Shown here: piece by piece, positions 13,591 through 28,668 of the stretch
Numbering within the stretch: the stretch's first letter is position 1
How the letters are laid out: each line of letters starts with the position of its first letter
Source of the DNA: Eledone cirrhosa
Lineage: Eukaryota
Reading direction: 5' to 3'
NCBI GenBank assembly: GCA_964016885.1
Contig: OZ024741.1
Span: forward strand, 134,850,001-134,914,000
Length of the DNA stretch: 64,000 bases
Made by a program: the position numbers and the translations under genes
The notes under the pieces: model-generated
What the model saw: only the letters and a program-made list of their open reading frames with translations
What the model was told of the DNA's origin: nothing
Database searches by the model: none

Positions 13591-13910
13591 CAGTGTACAC
13601 TCGGCATTCGTGGTCCCGGTTATTCGCGGAAATTTCCTCAGAACCTAACTCATGGAAACCACCGCATATTCGTGGATTTGTAAATATAATCCGCGTTTTT
13701 TTACTGGCTTTTTTTCGTGGCAACATGTGTTTTTTTCACGTTTTTTAACACTAAATTATTAATAACAATATACCGTATTTGCCGGCCTATATTTTACGTT
13801 ATGTTTTGACGTTTATAGGCATTTTTATGGACCCCGTCCAATATTTGTGGTTTTTCATTCTTCGCGGGTGCTCTAGGAACATAACCCCCGCGAATACCGG
13901 GGGACAACTG
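13591..13910. mobile_element. Tc1/mariner-pogo type MITE
   Basis: TA|CAGT...ACTG|TA with imperfect TIRs (cagtgtacactcggcattcg / cgaataccgggggacaactg). Confidence 0.75.
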
Positions 13911-14067
13911 TATATCTATATACATAAATTATCACGGTTAAAATGGAAAATATACAACAGTTTACACTTGGTGATACAACAATTAACATTCTTAGCAACA
14001 TTTGTCATGGTGATGTTTCTTTATTGGGGTAGGTTTACAATAATGTGTATGCCTGAGTGTCAGGAAG

Positions 14068-14106
<39 letters not shown>

Positions 14107-15937
14107 TGACAGGCGGAGGAGATTATTGAGCTGGTATCTACCAGATATCAATAGCGGCTGTGACTCATTGTTTCCGTGTTAAATGATCCAATACAATCCG
14201 TTATAAAACATTATTATCGAACCGACATAACAGAAACAACATAACCTGATTAGTATCCATGCCAACAGTACAGCAGTACCTTCGGCCACTGCCTCTACCA
14301 TCTACCATTGGGTCTTTACCATCTACCAATGTGCCTGTTAAAAGATGCTTCAACAACAAAAAATATAACTGGAATAGATTCTCTACTGAAGTGGAACAGA
14401 AGATAATGAACTTTAAACCAACGTTTGGAAATTATGAAGAGTTTGATAAACTTGTTAAGCAAACAGCAAGGAGGCATATTCCCCTGAGGATGCACTGCGG
14501 AGTTCATCCCTGATCTCTGTAAAGGAGACAGCTGCTGTTTATGAAGACTGTGTCACCAGAAGCAAGAAGATAATGAAAAATTTCTCATAAGATAATTAAA
14601 ATATTTGAACTTCTTCCGTTGAGTCCATAGATATATCAAACATCTTGAAGCAGAGTTTTCAATACTTAAGTTTCGTTGCGATCTTTGAATTCAGCCCCAA
14701 CTGTCACTGGAAACCAAGTTATCACTGATTGCTATTGAATGGTTAAACAGGGGAAAGGCAGAAGACCAACGAATAGCTCGTACCACGAATATTCTGGAAA
14801 CTTCCATTTCGTAACTTATACGAAGCAACTGAGTTGTATGACCCGAGGGGATCCAGTATTTTGGACCTGAGGAAAAGACATAGCCTCTACAACCACATAA
14901 CCATTACATAGTAACGCAAGACACCTAACATCTGACATCTTTTGTTATAGTAGTGATGTAACCATCCTGTCAATTACCAAAAAATTACGAGTTGATTTCA
15001 CTTTTCATCCACACTTAGGAATTCTTTGAGTGCCTAATTCCTTTAGAAATTAGTGTTAGCAGTAAATACAGGATTTATCCCAGAGCAAACAGGATTTTGA
15101 CCTGGCAAATCAACAAATCAAGTACTCAGTTTCACCAACACATTTTAAAGAAAGGAGTGGTTACTGGTGTAGACCTTGTTGATTTGTCTGCAGAATACAG
15201 CCCAATCAATCATAGATGAAACAATACCAAAATAGGGATGACAAAATCCTTCAATTGTGTCAAGGGTACGTAAAACTCTCTAGTGTTGGTCACACGATAA
15301 ATGCTGCAAATACATTCTATAAAGTGGTTGGTGATAGGAAGGGTATCCAGCCAGAGAAAACATGAGAATCTCTGTAGTTCTGGTGCTACCATAGAATGCA
15401 CCTTGTGTACTCTGAGGAGTGCCAGGATGTATGTGACCGAGATGTATGGCTCAACCCATTTGAGATGCCAGTGGTTCTAATTAAACATGGACCTAGTCTG
15501 TGGCAACCTATCTAATTTTTACAAGGAGAGAAAACGAACTTTTAATGATGATGATGAAGTAATAGTCATAGAATAATGCGTTCAAAATATTTTACATTTT
15601 AGTGAAAGACAGTCGAGTCATAGATCGAGTCTTATTGGAAGGTGTAAGACATAACAGCAGTTAACATCAAATAATGATTTCTACTATAGGCACAAGGCCA
15701 GCACTTTTGGGCAAGGGGAAAGTCGATTAAATCGACCCCAGTGCATTACTGGTGCTTTATTTTATCGATCCCATAAGGATGAAAGGCAAAGCTAACCTCG
15801 GCGGGATTTGAACTCAGATCATAAAGGGGCGTAACTCTATGCCGTAAAGCATGGTGTCCGACGCTCTACCGATACTGCCAATCCAACAAATAAGGAAGAG
15901 AGATTAACAATAAGAATTCAGTATTAAAAATAAAGTG

Positions 15938-15943
15938 TTTATT
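15938..15943 (-). promoter_or_regulatory. polyadenylation signal AATAAA of the tubulin gene
   Basis: AATAAA about 24 nt after the stop codon on the minus strand, followed by T-rich sequence. Confidence 0.55.
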
Positions 15944-15966
15944 TATACATCTTTTAAAGAAATCTG

Positions 15967-17093
15967 CTAATATTCATCACCGTCTTCATCTTCCTCATCA
16001 AAAGTATCTAGACCAACTTCTTCATAGTCCTTCTCTAAAGCAGCTAAATCCTCACGAGCTTCAGAGAACTCACCTTCTTCCATACCTTCTCCCACATACC
16101 AGTGAACAAAAGCACGTTTGGCATACATCAAGTCAAATTTATGATTAAGACGGGCCCAAGCTTCAGAAATTGCTGTGGTGTTGCTCAACATACACACAGC
16201 ACGTTCGACCTTAGCTAAATCCCCACCTGGAACAGCAGTTGGAGGTTGGTAGTTGATTCCAATCTTAAACCCAGTTGGACACCAGTCAACAAACTGAATT
16301 GTCCTCTTTGTCTTGATAGTTGCAATAGCAGCACTGACATCTTTTGATACGACATCACCACGATACAACATACAGCATGCCATGTATTTACCCCGACGTG
16401 GGTCACATTTAACCATCTGATTAGCTGGTTCAAAACATGCGTTTGTTATTTCCGCCACGTTCAATCGCTCATGGTAAGCTTTTTCAGCAGAAATAATTGG
16501 GGAATATGTAGCCAATGGGAAGTGAATCCTAGGATAAGGTACCAAGTTGGTCTGAAACTCAGTCAGATCCACATTCAGAGCCCCATCAAATCTCAGAGAA
16601 GCAGTAATAGAACTCATTACCTGAGCAATCAAACGGTTCAAGTTAGTATAAGTTGGACGTTCAACATCCAAGTTTTTTTTACAAATATCGTAGATGGCTT
16701 CATTGTCAACCATAAAAGCACAATCAGAGTGTTCAAGCGTGGTATGGGTGGTTAGAATAGCATTATAGGGCTCCACTACAGCTGTTGCTACTTGTGGAGC
16801 AGGATAAACGGAAAATTCAAGCTTAGGCTTTTTACCATAGTCAACACTAAGACGTTCCATCAAGAGAGATGTGAATCCTGAACCAGTGCCACCACCAAAA
16901 CTGTGAGAAATAAGGAAACCTTGAAGACCTGAGCATTGATCCGATAATTTGCGGATCCTCTCAAGCACAAGATCAATAATTTCCTTCCCAATGGTATAGT
17001 GGCCCCTGGCATAGTTATTGGCAGCATCTTCTTTACCAGTGATAAGTTGTTCAGGATGGAATAGTTGTCTGTATGTCCCAGTACGAATTTCAT
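15967..17093 (-). CDS. TUBA: alpha-tubulin exon 3 (to stop TAG)
   Basis: tttccag|AT GAA ATT CGT = (D)[15 protein letters not shown]...GGGTGSG...[11 protein letters not shown]...EEDEDGDEY*. Exons sum to 1353 nt = 450 aa plus stop, with no frameshift. Confidence 0.97.
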
Positions 17094-17899
17094 CTGGAAA
17101 GAAAACGATGAGAATAAAATCAGCGTTATAGCCTCACGAAGTAGTTCATGTAAAATAGATAGAAGAGAATGTGTTGGTCCTTTAGCTGTGGTGTTGAGTT
17201 GTACGATCAGCTGAACAACCAGTTCAGGAAATTAATATACATTTTGCTAAGTATTCCACTGATACATGGGCCCTTAATGTATTTCTTAGGGAGATTCTGC
17301 ATGACAGAGTGTGAGACAAAGCTAGCTCTTTGGATTTCAGCTACAGCTCATGTGTACTTGCTGAGTGGACTGGAGCAATGTGAAATAAAGTGCCTTGCTC
17401 AAGGTGACAATGTGTTGACAAGAATAAAACTCAGTTGTTAGCTAAACAGACTAACCACCAACCATATCCCTTCACGAGAACAAAATAACATGAAATAAAA
17501 AAATTAGTATCTCCGTTAGTAACAGTGGCTAAGAAAATTGGAGCTTAGTTCTGTATTCTTACTATAAAAATAATGGTTTCTGATTTAGGAACAAGGCCAA
17601 CAATTTTGGGCGTGCGTTACTGGTATTTTATTTTATCGACACCATAAGCATGAAAGGCAAAGCTAACCTCGACGAGATTTGAACTTAGAATGTGAAGGGT
17701 CTCAACTATATGCCGCAAAGCATAATGTCCGACGTCTTACAGGTACTGCCAATCCTTCGCCCTTCCTACTATAAAGATAATGATAGGACCACGTGAAAAT
17801 GTTTCCAGCTGTGATGCATATACATGGACCGTGCAGATGTTTATAATGGTATAGGGTGGGCGCTAATAAAAAGAAGTACACGCGCGCGTTCACACACAG

Positions 17900-18200
17900 A
17901 CATTATGGGCATGTGGTTAGTATGTCTAAGGAAAATATCACTGGACAGATTTTACAGGGAAAAAGTCAACCGGCAAGAGACTCAGAGGTAGACTCTGAGC
18001 AAGATGGTTGGATAACATCATGAATTCGGTTGGTCTCGTTTGGATATCTAGATAGTTACTTCTGACAAGACCTTCTGGAAGAGGTGTCCTAGGACTCTGC
18101 TCCCATGAGCCTACCACGAATAAGTGAACGAAGAAGAAGAAGAAGAAGAAGAAGAAGAAGAAGAAGAAGAAGAAGAAGAAGAAGAAGAAGAAGAAGAAGA
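17900..18200 (+). mobile_element. RTE LINE 3' end followed by (GAA)n
   Basis: Similar to 60870-61180 (+) and 52855-53460 (-): cagattttacagggaaaa...ggtagactc...agcaagatggttggataacatc. Confidence 0.6.
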
Positions 18201-18781
18201 GTCATAATGGTAAAAGTTTGTTTGGGAAAAGGTACTTTACGGTTAAGTGGACTGAGACATGAAAAATTAAGTGTACTACCCTGTGTCTTAGTGAAATACC
18301 TACAGTAGATATGAACTTAGGAGCTGTAAGGTGGTAGATTTATAATTGATCTATTTAGTAACAAGACGATGAATTGCCAGAGTCGTTAGAACGTCAGATA
18401 GAATACTTTACAGTATTTCATTCCGTCTCTCTGCACTCTCTGAGTTCAAATCCCGCAGAGGTCAACTTTGGCTTTCATCCTTTTGAAGTTGATAAAAAAA
18501 GCACCAGTCCATGACTGGGATCATTCTTCCTCTATATCTCTTTCTCACGTCATCTCTATCACCGCCTCTCTCTTTACTTCTTTGGAAGAAATCTGTTGTG
18601 TTCAGACACGGAGAGGAGATGGGCTCCACCAGGTTTTTAAAAAATGCCCAAGAAATGCTGTATGTCACAACGGCTACCTCATGACTGCACCAGGAGTTAC
18701 TGGTGAACACACACACACACACACACATACACTTACTATTCAGTAACAAAATACTATAAGATATTGATATGGAGAACTCAC

Positions 18782-19004
18782 CGATAACTGTAGGTTCTAG
18801 GTCAACGAATACAGCCCTGGGCACATGTTTTCCACTTCCTGTTTCAGAGAAGAAAGTACTGAAAGAATCATCAACCATGCCTGCTGCTTTATCGGATGCC
18901 AATCGACCATCAGGCTGGATTCTATGTTCCAGACAATATAGTTCCCAGCAGGAGTTACCAATCTGGACTCCGGCCTGTCCGACATGGATACTAATACATT
19001 CCCT
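18782..19004 (-). CDS. TUBA: alpha-tubulin exon 2 (223 bp)
   Basis: tttcag|AGG GAA TGT... = [27 protein letters not shown]...SDK40...[14 protein letters not shown]|gtgagt; canonical splice sites, phase-1 end. Confidence 0.95.
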
Positions 19005-19127
19005 CTGAAATAATGAAACAACACAAAATATTGAAATACAAAACTGTAGGGTGGTCATGTTAGTGACACAACAAAAAGCACCCAGCCCACCCTGTAAGGT
19101 GGTCGTGCTGGTGACATGGCAAAAGCT

Positions 19128-20155
19128 CGCAACCGACTTTTTCCCCGGAAAACGCAGTGGGTGGGGTGGTCCTCCCCGGATACTCCCTCCCTCCTCCTCG
19201 GAGTTTTCTACACGATTTTTTATTTGCGTGTTATAAGCGAATATGACCTTTAAACCAGTCGGAAACGACTAGATTTGAAGAAATAAGAAGGTGAAAAGGA
19301 CGAACAGACAATTGGGGTTTCGTAGCTTTATATACCTCTCGCATTTGGTGGTAAATAATTTCCTTGTTTTTTATTCATGTGCTATCAACTAATCTGGCCT
19401 ATTAGGTGCTCACAATCAACGCTTTTCCTGGAAAACGGAAATCCTAATCCTAACCTTAAACATAACCCTAAACCTAACCCTAAACCTAATCCTAAATCTA
19501 AAACTAACACTAAACTTACCCTTTACTCTAAACCTAACCCTAACCCTTACCTTAGCCTTAAACCTAACCTTGACCTTGACCCTAACCTAACCCTATCTTT
19601 AATCCGGGAAAAAAAGTCGATTGCAAACATCTAAGAGGTCCAGAAAAAAATCGAGGAAAAGTAATTTTTCCTCCACAAAATGCGAGAGGTGCGTGAATCT
19701 ACGAAACTCCGATGGTCTTTTTGCCCCTTTCACCCTCTTTTTTCTACAAATCTAATCGTTTCCGTCTCTAATCTTAAACCTAACCCAGAACCTAATATTG
19801 ATCCTAACCCTAACTCTAAACTAAATCCTAACTCTAACTCTAGCCCTAAACCTAACCCTAACTTTAACGCTAACTTTAATCTGAGGAAAAAAGTCGACTG
19901 CGAGCATCTAAGTGGTCCAGAAAAAAATTGAGGAAAAGTAATTATTTCCCACAAAACGGGAGAAGTGCGTAGATCTGGGAAACAACGATGGTCTTTTCGT
20001 CCCTTTCACCCTTCTTTTCTACAAACCTTGTCGTTTCCGACTGGTTTTCATATTCGTTGAACAGGCGGGAAAAAAAAAATCGTGGAGAAAACTCCGAAGG
20101 TGTGGGAGTGGGAGACTACCCTAACCCCTCCGTTTCCGGGAAAAGAAGTCGATTA
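19128..20155. mobile_element. TIR-bounded non-autonomous DNA transposon with degenerate (CCTAAC)n tracts, in tubulin intron 1
   Basis: Ends cgactttttccccggaaaacg / cgtttccgggaaaagaagtcg are inverted; an internal duplicated block carries telomere-like repeats. Confidence 0.65.
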
Positions 20156-21365
20156 CGTGCACCTTGGAGTTGATTTTAGTTGATAGCACACACACACACA
20201 AACGGAGAAGAAAAATTGAATAATGGTTTCTGATTTAGGCTCAAAGCCAACAATTTTGGCGGAGGAGCAAGTCGATTAAATCAACGCCAGTGTGTTACTG
20301 GTACTTTATTTTATCGACCCCGTAAGGATGAAAGGTGAAGCTAACCTCGGCGGATTTGAATTCAGAACATAAAGGGACATAACTATGCCGCGAAGTATGG
20401 TGCGTGTTCTATAATAATACGTTTTTTTCCTCTATTTTTTTTCGTGTTTTCAATGAATCTGAACTCAAAATCAGTTTGAAACGATTCGTTATACAGAAAA
20501 GCTGCACTTCCTTCCGTAGGGTACGTATTTAGAGATACATGAATTGGGACAGCGGGAATTAAATGTCTTTCTTCTTCGTCTTCTATCATAATTCTTCATT
20601 GACATCTAGGGAACTTTATAAGAATACTAATTCGACAGCAGTACTGGTATCTTATTCTTTAGGATGAACGGCAAAGTTGACCTCAGCGGTATTTAAACTG
20701 AGAACGTAATTATACACTACAGAAAATTTATTTGCCGTTTAAACGATTCTGCTAACAGAAATGATAAAAAATACTAAAGTTTAGTCGGTGGTAGCATATT
20801 TAATGGGACGAGCATAACAAATCTAATTAGGAATGCTTATGAGGTGAGGAAAAAACAGTTTTAACTCAACGACACAGCATAACTAAAATTCATGTTCACG
20901 ATTCTGAGTAAAGTTTAGTGGAGTTCTCTCCCCTTGACTAATGCTACGTTCAATTAAACCTAAGATGACACGTTGTGTATTTATTTAGTTAATTGCAAAA
21001 ATAAGTTTATGATATCGTAATGACAAAGAGGACAAAAAAACAACAAAAAAAAAGACGGGGAGATGGGTAAATTCCACACCTTTGGTTGGATAGCATATTT
21101 CAGTTGCACCCAGCGGCAAGATGGAAAAATAATTACCACAGAATTATACATTGTTGGATTTATAAACAAGATTTAGTGGACTTACGAAGCATTGAAAAAT
21201 AGTCGCCACGTTGCAGACAACTATAATAGATAATTGAGAGCTATAGATAATAGTGGATAACTGTAAAGTACCCATAAAGACGGAAAAAAAGTGGACAGGC
21301 GCCTCAGTCACCCTTTTCCCGACGCTAGAGGTACTTTATCCGATATATTTAGTTATTATGTATAG

Positions 21366-21435
<70 letters not shown>

Positions 21436-21437
21436 AC

Positions 21438-21519
<82 letters not shown>

Positions 21520-21601
21520 TATGTGTGTACGTGTGTGTAACAGTTGTACAATGAACAATTAAACAATGTATATATATGAAAATGTTAATGTTAAAACTTA
21601 C

Positions 21602-21604
21602 CAT
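21602..21604 (-). CDS. TUBA: alpha-tubulin exon 1 (initiator ATG only)
   Basis: Minus strand reads ...ctaacattATG|gtaagt. An ATG-only coding first exon followed by an intron is the canonical animal alpha-tubulin structure, and it completes MRECIS with exon 2. Confidence 0.75.
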
Positions 21605-22879
21605 AATGTTAGACAAAATTATATATGAGCAGCTGAAATGTGAAAATTTGGGAGATGTTGCTTAATTATGGAGGGAAAGTGGAGCTCACTCAGATATAAT
21701 GTACCGTATGTGAGGTCACTCTGTTTAAATCTGATACCGCCTGCTTGCTTCCCACGATATATATATATGATCACACACACACACACACACACACACATAT
21801 GTGTGTATGTGTGTGTGTGTGTGTGTATGTGAGTGTGTGTGCATGTGCGTGTGAGTGTATATTTATATATATATGCATGTCTGTGTGTATGTGCGTGTGT
21901 GTGAGTGAAAGAGAATATACCATCTCGTCACTACACACACAGACATACACCTTCCTCTCATCATGAGATATTCAAATTAAGTGAGTCACTGTGTCTATCT
22001 CCTGGCTTCCACCCCACTATCTTATCTTTCCATCTTATCTGCTAATGAAACTCAAAGTCTTCCCCTCATACCTAGGCTAACAGTCATTTGTCTATTAACA
22101 AAATATTTGAACTGGTAATATATATATAGAGAAGGTTGATTAGATATTTCTACAGTCTCTAATTTAGTTGATCTCAATTCTGAATTTACATAATACTACT
22201 GACATAATACCACAGACATATTACCGCTGTCATAATACCGCTGTCATAATACCATTGACAAAATACCATTGCCATAATACCACTATCGTCATGCCATTGA
22301 CAAAATACTATTGACATAATACCATTGTTATAATGCCATTGACATAATACCATTGGCTGTGGGCGAAGTGCAATACTGCATGGTAGTGAAACATCGGCAG
22401 TGAACACCGAAGATATGTGATGACTGGTGAGAAATAAAGCAATATCAATGTGCATGAATGACAAAGTATAGATGAAATGCTATTGTTAATGAATAAATAA
22501 ATTAACTAATACCTTAACACTTCACACAAAGTAAAATATTTTGTTTTAAACATTTTCTAACCTAGAAAATAAAGGAAAAAAAAAATTTTTCTTCCCAATA
22601 ATCGTTTTTTCTCTCCCTATTTACATACTCTTTTACTCTTTTACCTGTTCCAGCCATCCGGCTGAGGCCATGCTGAGGCACCGCCCTTACATACATATAT
22701 ATTCCAGCTCGTGTGTTCCTTCTCCACATTTTATAATTATGTATATATAACCTGTGAAGCATGCTAGATCTTCAATATCCAATGTATTAACAAACTTAGT
22801 TATATTACTAAATCTCTCTAAATTCTTCCTTATTTTCAAAAGGATTTGAAAGCTACAGGCAGTGTCTTTCATTAGAAAT

Positions 22880-25800
22880 ATGGTAACAAAAGGGTTATAT
22901 ATGGTAACCATTAAAATATATATTTGTGTTATATATACAATATATTATACAGCTTTAACCAAGGTATAACCGTCAAAATATATTATATCTGTCTTATATA
23001 TACAATATATTGTACAGCTTTAACCAAGGTATAACCATTAAAACATATTGTATATGTCTTATATATATAATATATTGTATAACTTTAACAAGTGTATAAC
23101 CATCAAAATATATAACATTTGTCTTATATATATAATATATTGTATAGCTTTAACAAGTGTATAACCATCAAAATATATAACATTTGTCTTATATATACAA
23201 TATATTGTATAGCTTTAACAAATGTATAACAATCAAAATATATAACATTTATCTTATATATATAATATATTGTATAACTTTAACAAGTGTATAACCATCA
23301 AAATATATAACATTTGCCTTATATATACAATATATTGTATAGCTTTAACAAGTGTATAACCATCAAAATATATAACATTTGCCTTATATATACAATATAT
23401 TGTATAGCTTTAACAAGTGTATAACCATCAAAATATATAACATTTGCCTTATATATACAATATATTGTATAGCTTTAACAAGTGTATAACCATCAAAATA
23501 TATAACATTTGTCTTATATATACAGTATATTGTATAGCTTTAACAAGTGTATAACCATCAAAATATATAACATTTGTCTTATATATATATAATATATTGT
23601 ATAGCTTTAACAAGTGTATAACCATCAAAATATATAACATTTGCCTTATATATACAATATATTGTATAGCTTTAACAAGTGTATAACCATCAAAATATAT
23701 AACATTTGTCTTATATATACAGTATATTGTATAGCTTTAACAAGTGTATAACCATCAAAATATATAACATTTGTCTTATATATATATAATATATTGTATA
23801 GCTTTAACAAGTGTATAACCATCAAAATATATAACATTTGCCTTATATATACAATATATTGTATAGCTTTAACAAGTGTATAACCATCAAAATATATAAC
23901 ATTTGCCTTATATATACACAACATATTGTATAGCTTTAACAACAGGCAGGGTTCCGACCAAAACGTTCCTGTGCAGAGCAGATCTTTACGCTACGCCGCA
24001 TCATTGAGAGGTACAACGAATTCCAGAGGCCCCTCGCCATCAGCTTCATCGATTTCTCCAAAGCATTCGATAGCGTTCATCGACCGTCACTCTGGAGCAT
24101 CATGCATGAGTATGGTCTGCCCCAGAAAGTCATTTCGGCAATCAAACAGATTTACGCAAACTCCAAGTGCTGCATATGGACAGAGGATGGTTACAGTGAC
24201 TGGTTTGAGGTGGTTACTGGCGTGCGTCAAGGTTGCTCGTTCTCTCCAATTCTCTTTGCCATAGCCATTGGCTGGGTACTGAGAAGAGCGTCTAAAGACC
24301 AGGGTATATCTTGGGTGGGAGAGCAAACGTTGTCTGACCTGGACTTTGCGGACGATATTGTTGCACTTACAGAGAGCACAGCTGACCTGCAAATCATTGT
24401 GAACAATATCAATGTCGAAGCAGGAAGCTTAGGTCTCAATATCAGTGCCAAGAAGACCAAAAGCATCTTATCAGGGACACACCCATCACCAACTAGTGTT
24501 TTCATTGAACAGGGGGAGGTGGAGATAGTGGACAGCTTCACCTACCTAGGAAGCTCCATTGACAATGGGGGCGCCATGGACAGTGAATTTCAATGTAGAA
24601 TGGGAAAGGCTTCAGCAGCATTTAACCAGCTTGTCAAGATCTGGAAGAGCAGGAAGTTCACCCTCAAAACAAAGATGAGATTCTACAACAACAACGTGCT
24701 GTCCACACTCTTGTACGGAAGTGAAACATGGCACCTTAAGACCAGCCAAGAGAAGAAGTTGGACGCATTCGATTCCAGGTGTCTGCGAAAGATCCTGGGG
24801 ATTAAATGGAGTGACCATGTAACAAACCAGGAAGTCAGGAACCGCACCAACCAGCAGCTAGTCTCTTCTGCCATCTGCAAGCGACGCCTGGGCTGGTTTG
24901 GGCACGCTTTGAGACTTCTCCCGGAGAGACTGGCGAACCAAGTACTTAAATGGAACCCACAGGGAAGCAGACGGAGAGGGCGACCCAAAATGAACTGGCG
25001 CCAGACAGTTGAGAGGGACCTGCGAGCGACAAACAGACAATGGCGGGACGCTGTGCAACTGGCTGCTGACCGAACGCGGTGGAACACTATGATTGCCTCA
25101 TGCGTCGCAAGACGCGGGAGCTTCTGAGTCTGAGTCTGATAGCTTTAACAAGTGTATAACCATCAAAATATATAACATTTGCCTTATATATATAATATAT
25201 TGTATAGCTTTAACAAGTGTATAACCATCAAAATATATAACATTTGTCTTATATATACAATATATTGTATAGCTTTAACAAGTGTATAACCATCAAAATA
25301 TATAACATTTGCCTTATATATACAATATATTGTATAGCTTTAACAAGTGTATAACCATCAAAATATATAACATTTGCCTTATATATATAATATATTGTAT
25401 AGCTTTAACAAGTGTATAACCATCAAAATATATAACATTTGTCTTATATATACAATATATTGTATAGCTTTAACAAGTGTATAACCATCAAAATATATAA
25501 CATTTGTCTTATATATACAATATATTGTATAGCTTTAACAAGTGTATAACCATCAAAATATATAACATTTGCCTTATATATACAATATATTGTATAGCTT
25601 TAACAAGTGTATAACCATCAAAATATATAACATTTGTCTTATATATACAATATATTGTATAGCTTTAACAAGTGTATAACCATCAAAATATATAACATTT
25701 GTCTTATATATATAATATATTGTATAGCTTTAACAAGTGTATAACAATCAAAATATATAACATTTGTCTTATATATACAATATATTGTATAGCTTTAACA

Positions 25801-26140
25801 AATGTATAACCATCAAAATATATAACATTTGTCTTATATATATAATATATTGTATAGCTTTAACAAGTGTATAACCATCAAAATATATAACATTTGCCTT
25901 ATATATACAATATATTGTATAGCTTTAACAAGTGTATAACCATCAAAATATATAACATTTGCCTTATATATACAATATATTGTATAGCTTTAACAAGTGT
26001 ATAACCATCAAAATATATAACATTTGCCTTATATATACAATATATTGTATAACTTTAACAAGTGTATAACCATCAAAATATATAACATTTGCCTTATATA
26101 TACAATATATTGTATAGCTTTAACAAGTGTATAACCGTCA
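22880..26140. repeat. 65-bp tandem satellite (~30 units) split by a LINE
   Basis: Unit tagctttaacaagtgtataaccatcaaaatatataacatttgYcttatatatacaatatattgta; period 65 (e.g. 23341 to 23406); degenerate at the left edge. Confidence 0.95.
23943..25139 (+). mobile_element. young 5'-truncated RTE-clade LINE (RT domain), 12-13 bp TSD
   Basis: Open frame 23943-25127: QAGFRPKRSCAEQIFTL...FIDFSKAFDSV...GVRQGC...LDFADD...FTYLGS; (TCTGAG)n tail; TSD tagctttaacaa at 23931-23942 and 25140-25151. Confidence 0.95.
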
Positions 26141-26509
26141 TTGTAACTTTACATATATACAATATATTTCACATTATCATAGGACACGTACATTTCAAAG
26201 AGAATGATAAACTAATATATTTACACAATCTTATCACACAAAGTTTATTGTTTAATCAGTGAGACATCCACCTATACAAACACAGAGAGGCACACGATGT
26301 ATAAATATTTATATATATACGTGTGTGTTTTTGTGTCTGTGTGTATATTCTATGCATGCATATATGTGTTTGTGTGTTTGTGTGCATGTATGCATTTATA
26401 TGTATCCGACAAATTCGTCAAACGCAGTTCGTTTAAAACACAATTCGTCTAACATAGTTCATTTAACACGATTTATTTAGACATAATTTGCAATGTTCGT
26501 CACAAAGTA

Positions 26510-27200
26510 AGTAATGGTATGCTGATGGAACGTTTAAAACTGTTCCTTTATCATTCTATCAGCTGTATAACCTGCATGAATTGAAAGAAAAAGCTTCATA
26601 GCTGTTTGTGTTTGCTGTATGACGAGACAAATCAGACGAAACATACGTAAGGCTTTTACAAGAAATTAGAGCCAACACGTGCGCCATTGTCAATAACAAT
26701 TGATTTTGACAATGATATGTTCAAAGCACGTATGAAAGAATTTCCAAATGCAAAATAGAAGGGATGCTTTTTTTCCTTTTACATAATGTATTTTGCGTAA
26801 AATTCAAAGCAGTGACTTGAAACCACAATATGAAACAGATCCGAATTTTACTTTGAGTATACAGATGTTGCCAGTGTTAGCATTTGTACCAGTAGACGCA
26901 ATGACAGAGTCATTTAAGTTATTATGCGATAGCGACATCAACACTCCTGAAGCTGAAGAGGTCCTGAATTATTTCCAAGACATGTGGACTGGACGGCCAG
27001 GCAGAAAAATTGCTTGATGACCCCCCATCCCCCCATAGTTTCCACACGCAATGTGGAATTTGTACAACGAAGATCTCCAGATGTTGCAAAAAAAAAAAAA
27101 AAAGAACTCAGTCGAATCATTCCAATATTTGGACTTTCATAGATTGTTTGAAAAAAGAGCTTATGAGTCACAAATTAAGCAATATATGCCAGGAAGGGAC
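26510..27200 (+). pseudogene. Mutator/MULE transposase relic
   Basis: WYADGTFKTVP..FYQLY...TIDFD...FPNAK*KGCFF...LAFVP...NYFQDMW...[12 protein letters not shown], with stops and frameshifts. Confidence 0.8.
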
Positions 27201-27319
27201 CAAAAATAGTCTATATTTCCTTTTTTATTCTTTTTATTCTACCCCATTTCTTTTATTCTCTTTGCCCTCTGCCCATCTCCTATTTTTCTCTTCTGTTACC
27301 AGCCTCCAGCTTCTGAAGA

Positions 27320-28668
<1,349 letters not shown>

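Noticed and set aside
14150-14830. ORF 14259-14513 as a host gene
   Set aside because: It resembles a decayed LINE endonuclease-RT linker with stops; too degenerate to classify.
18462-19058. 198-aa ORF as a separate protein
   Set aside because: It is tubulin exon 2 read through into flanking intron sequence.
22880-26140. Repeat array next to a reverse transcriptase as a CRISPR-, retron- or DGR-like system
   Set aside because: Units are contiguous with no unique spacers, and the RT is a 5'-truncated RTE LINE with TSD and tail, i.e. a simple insertion.
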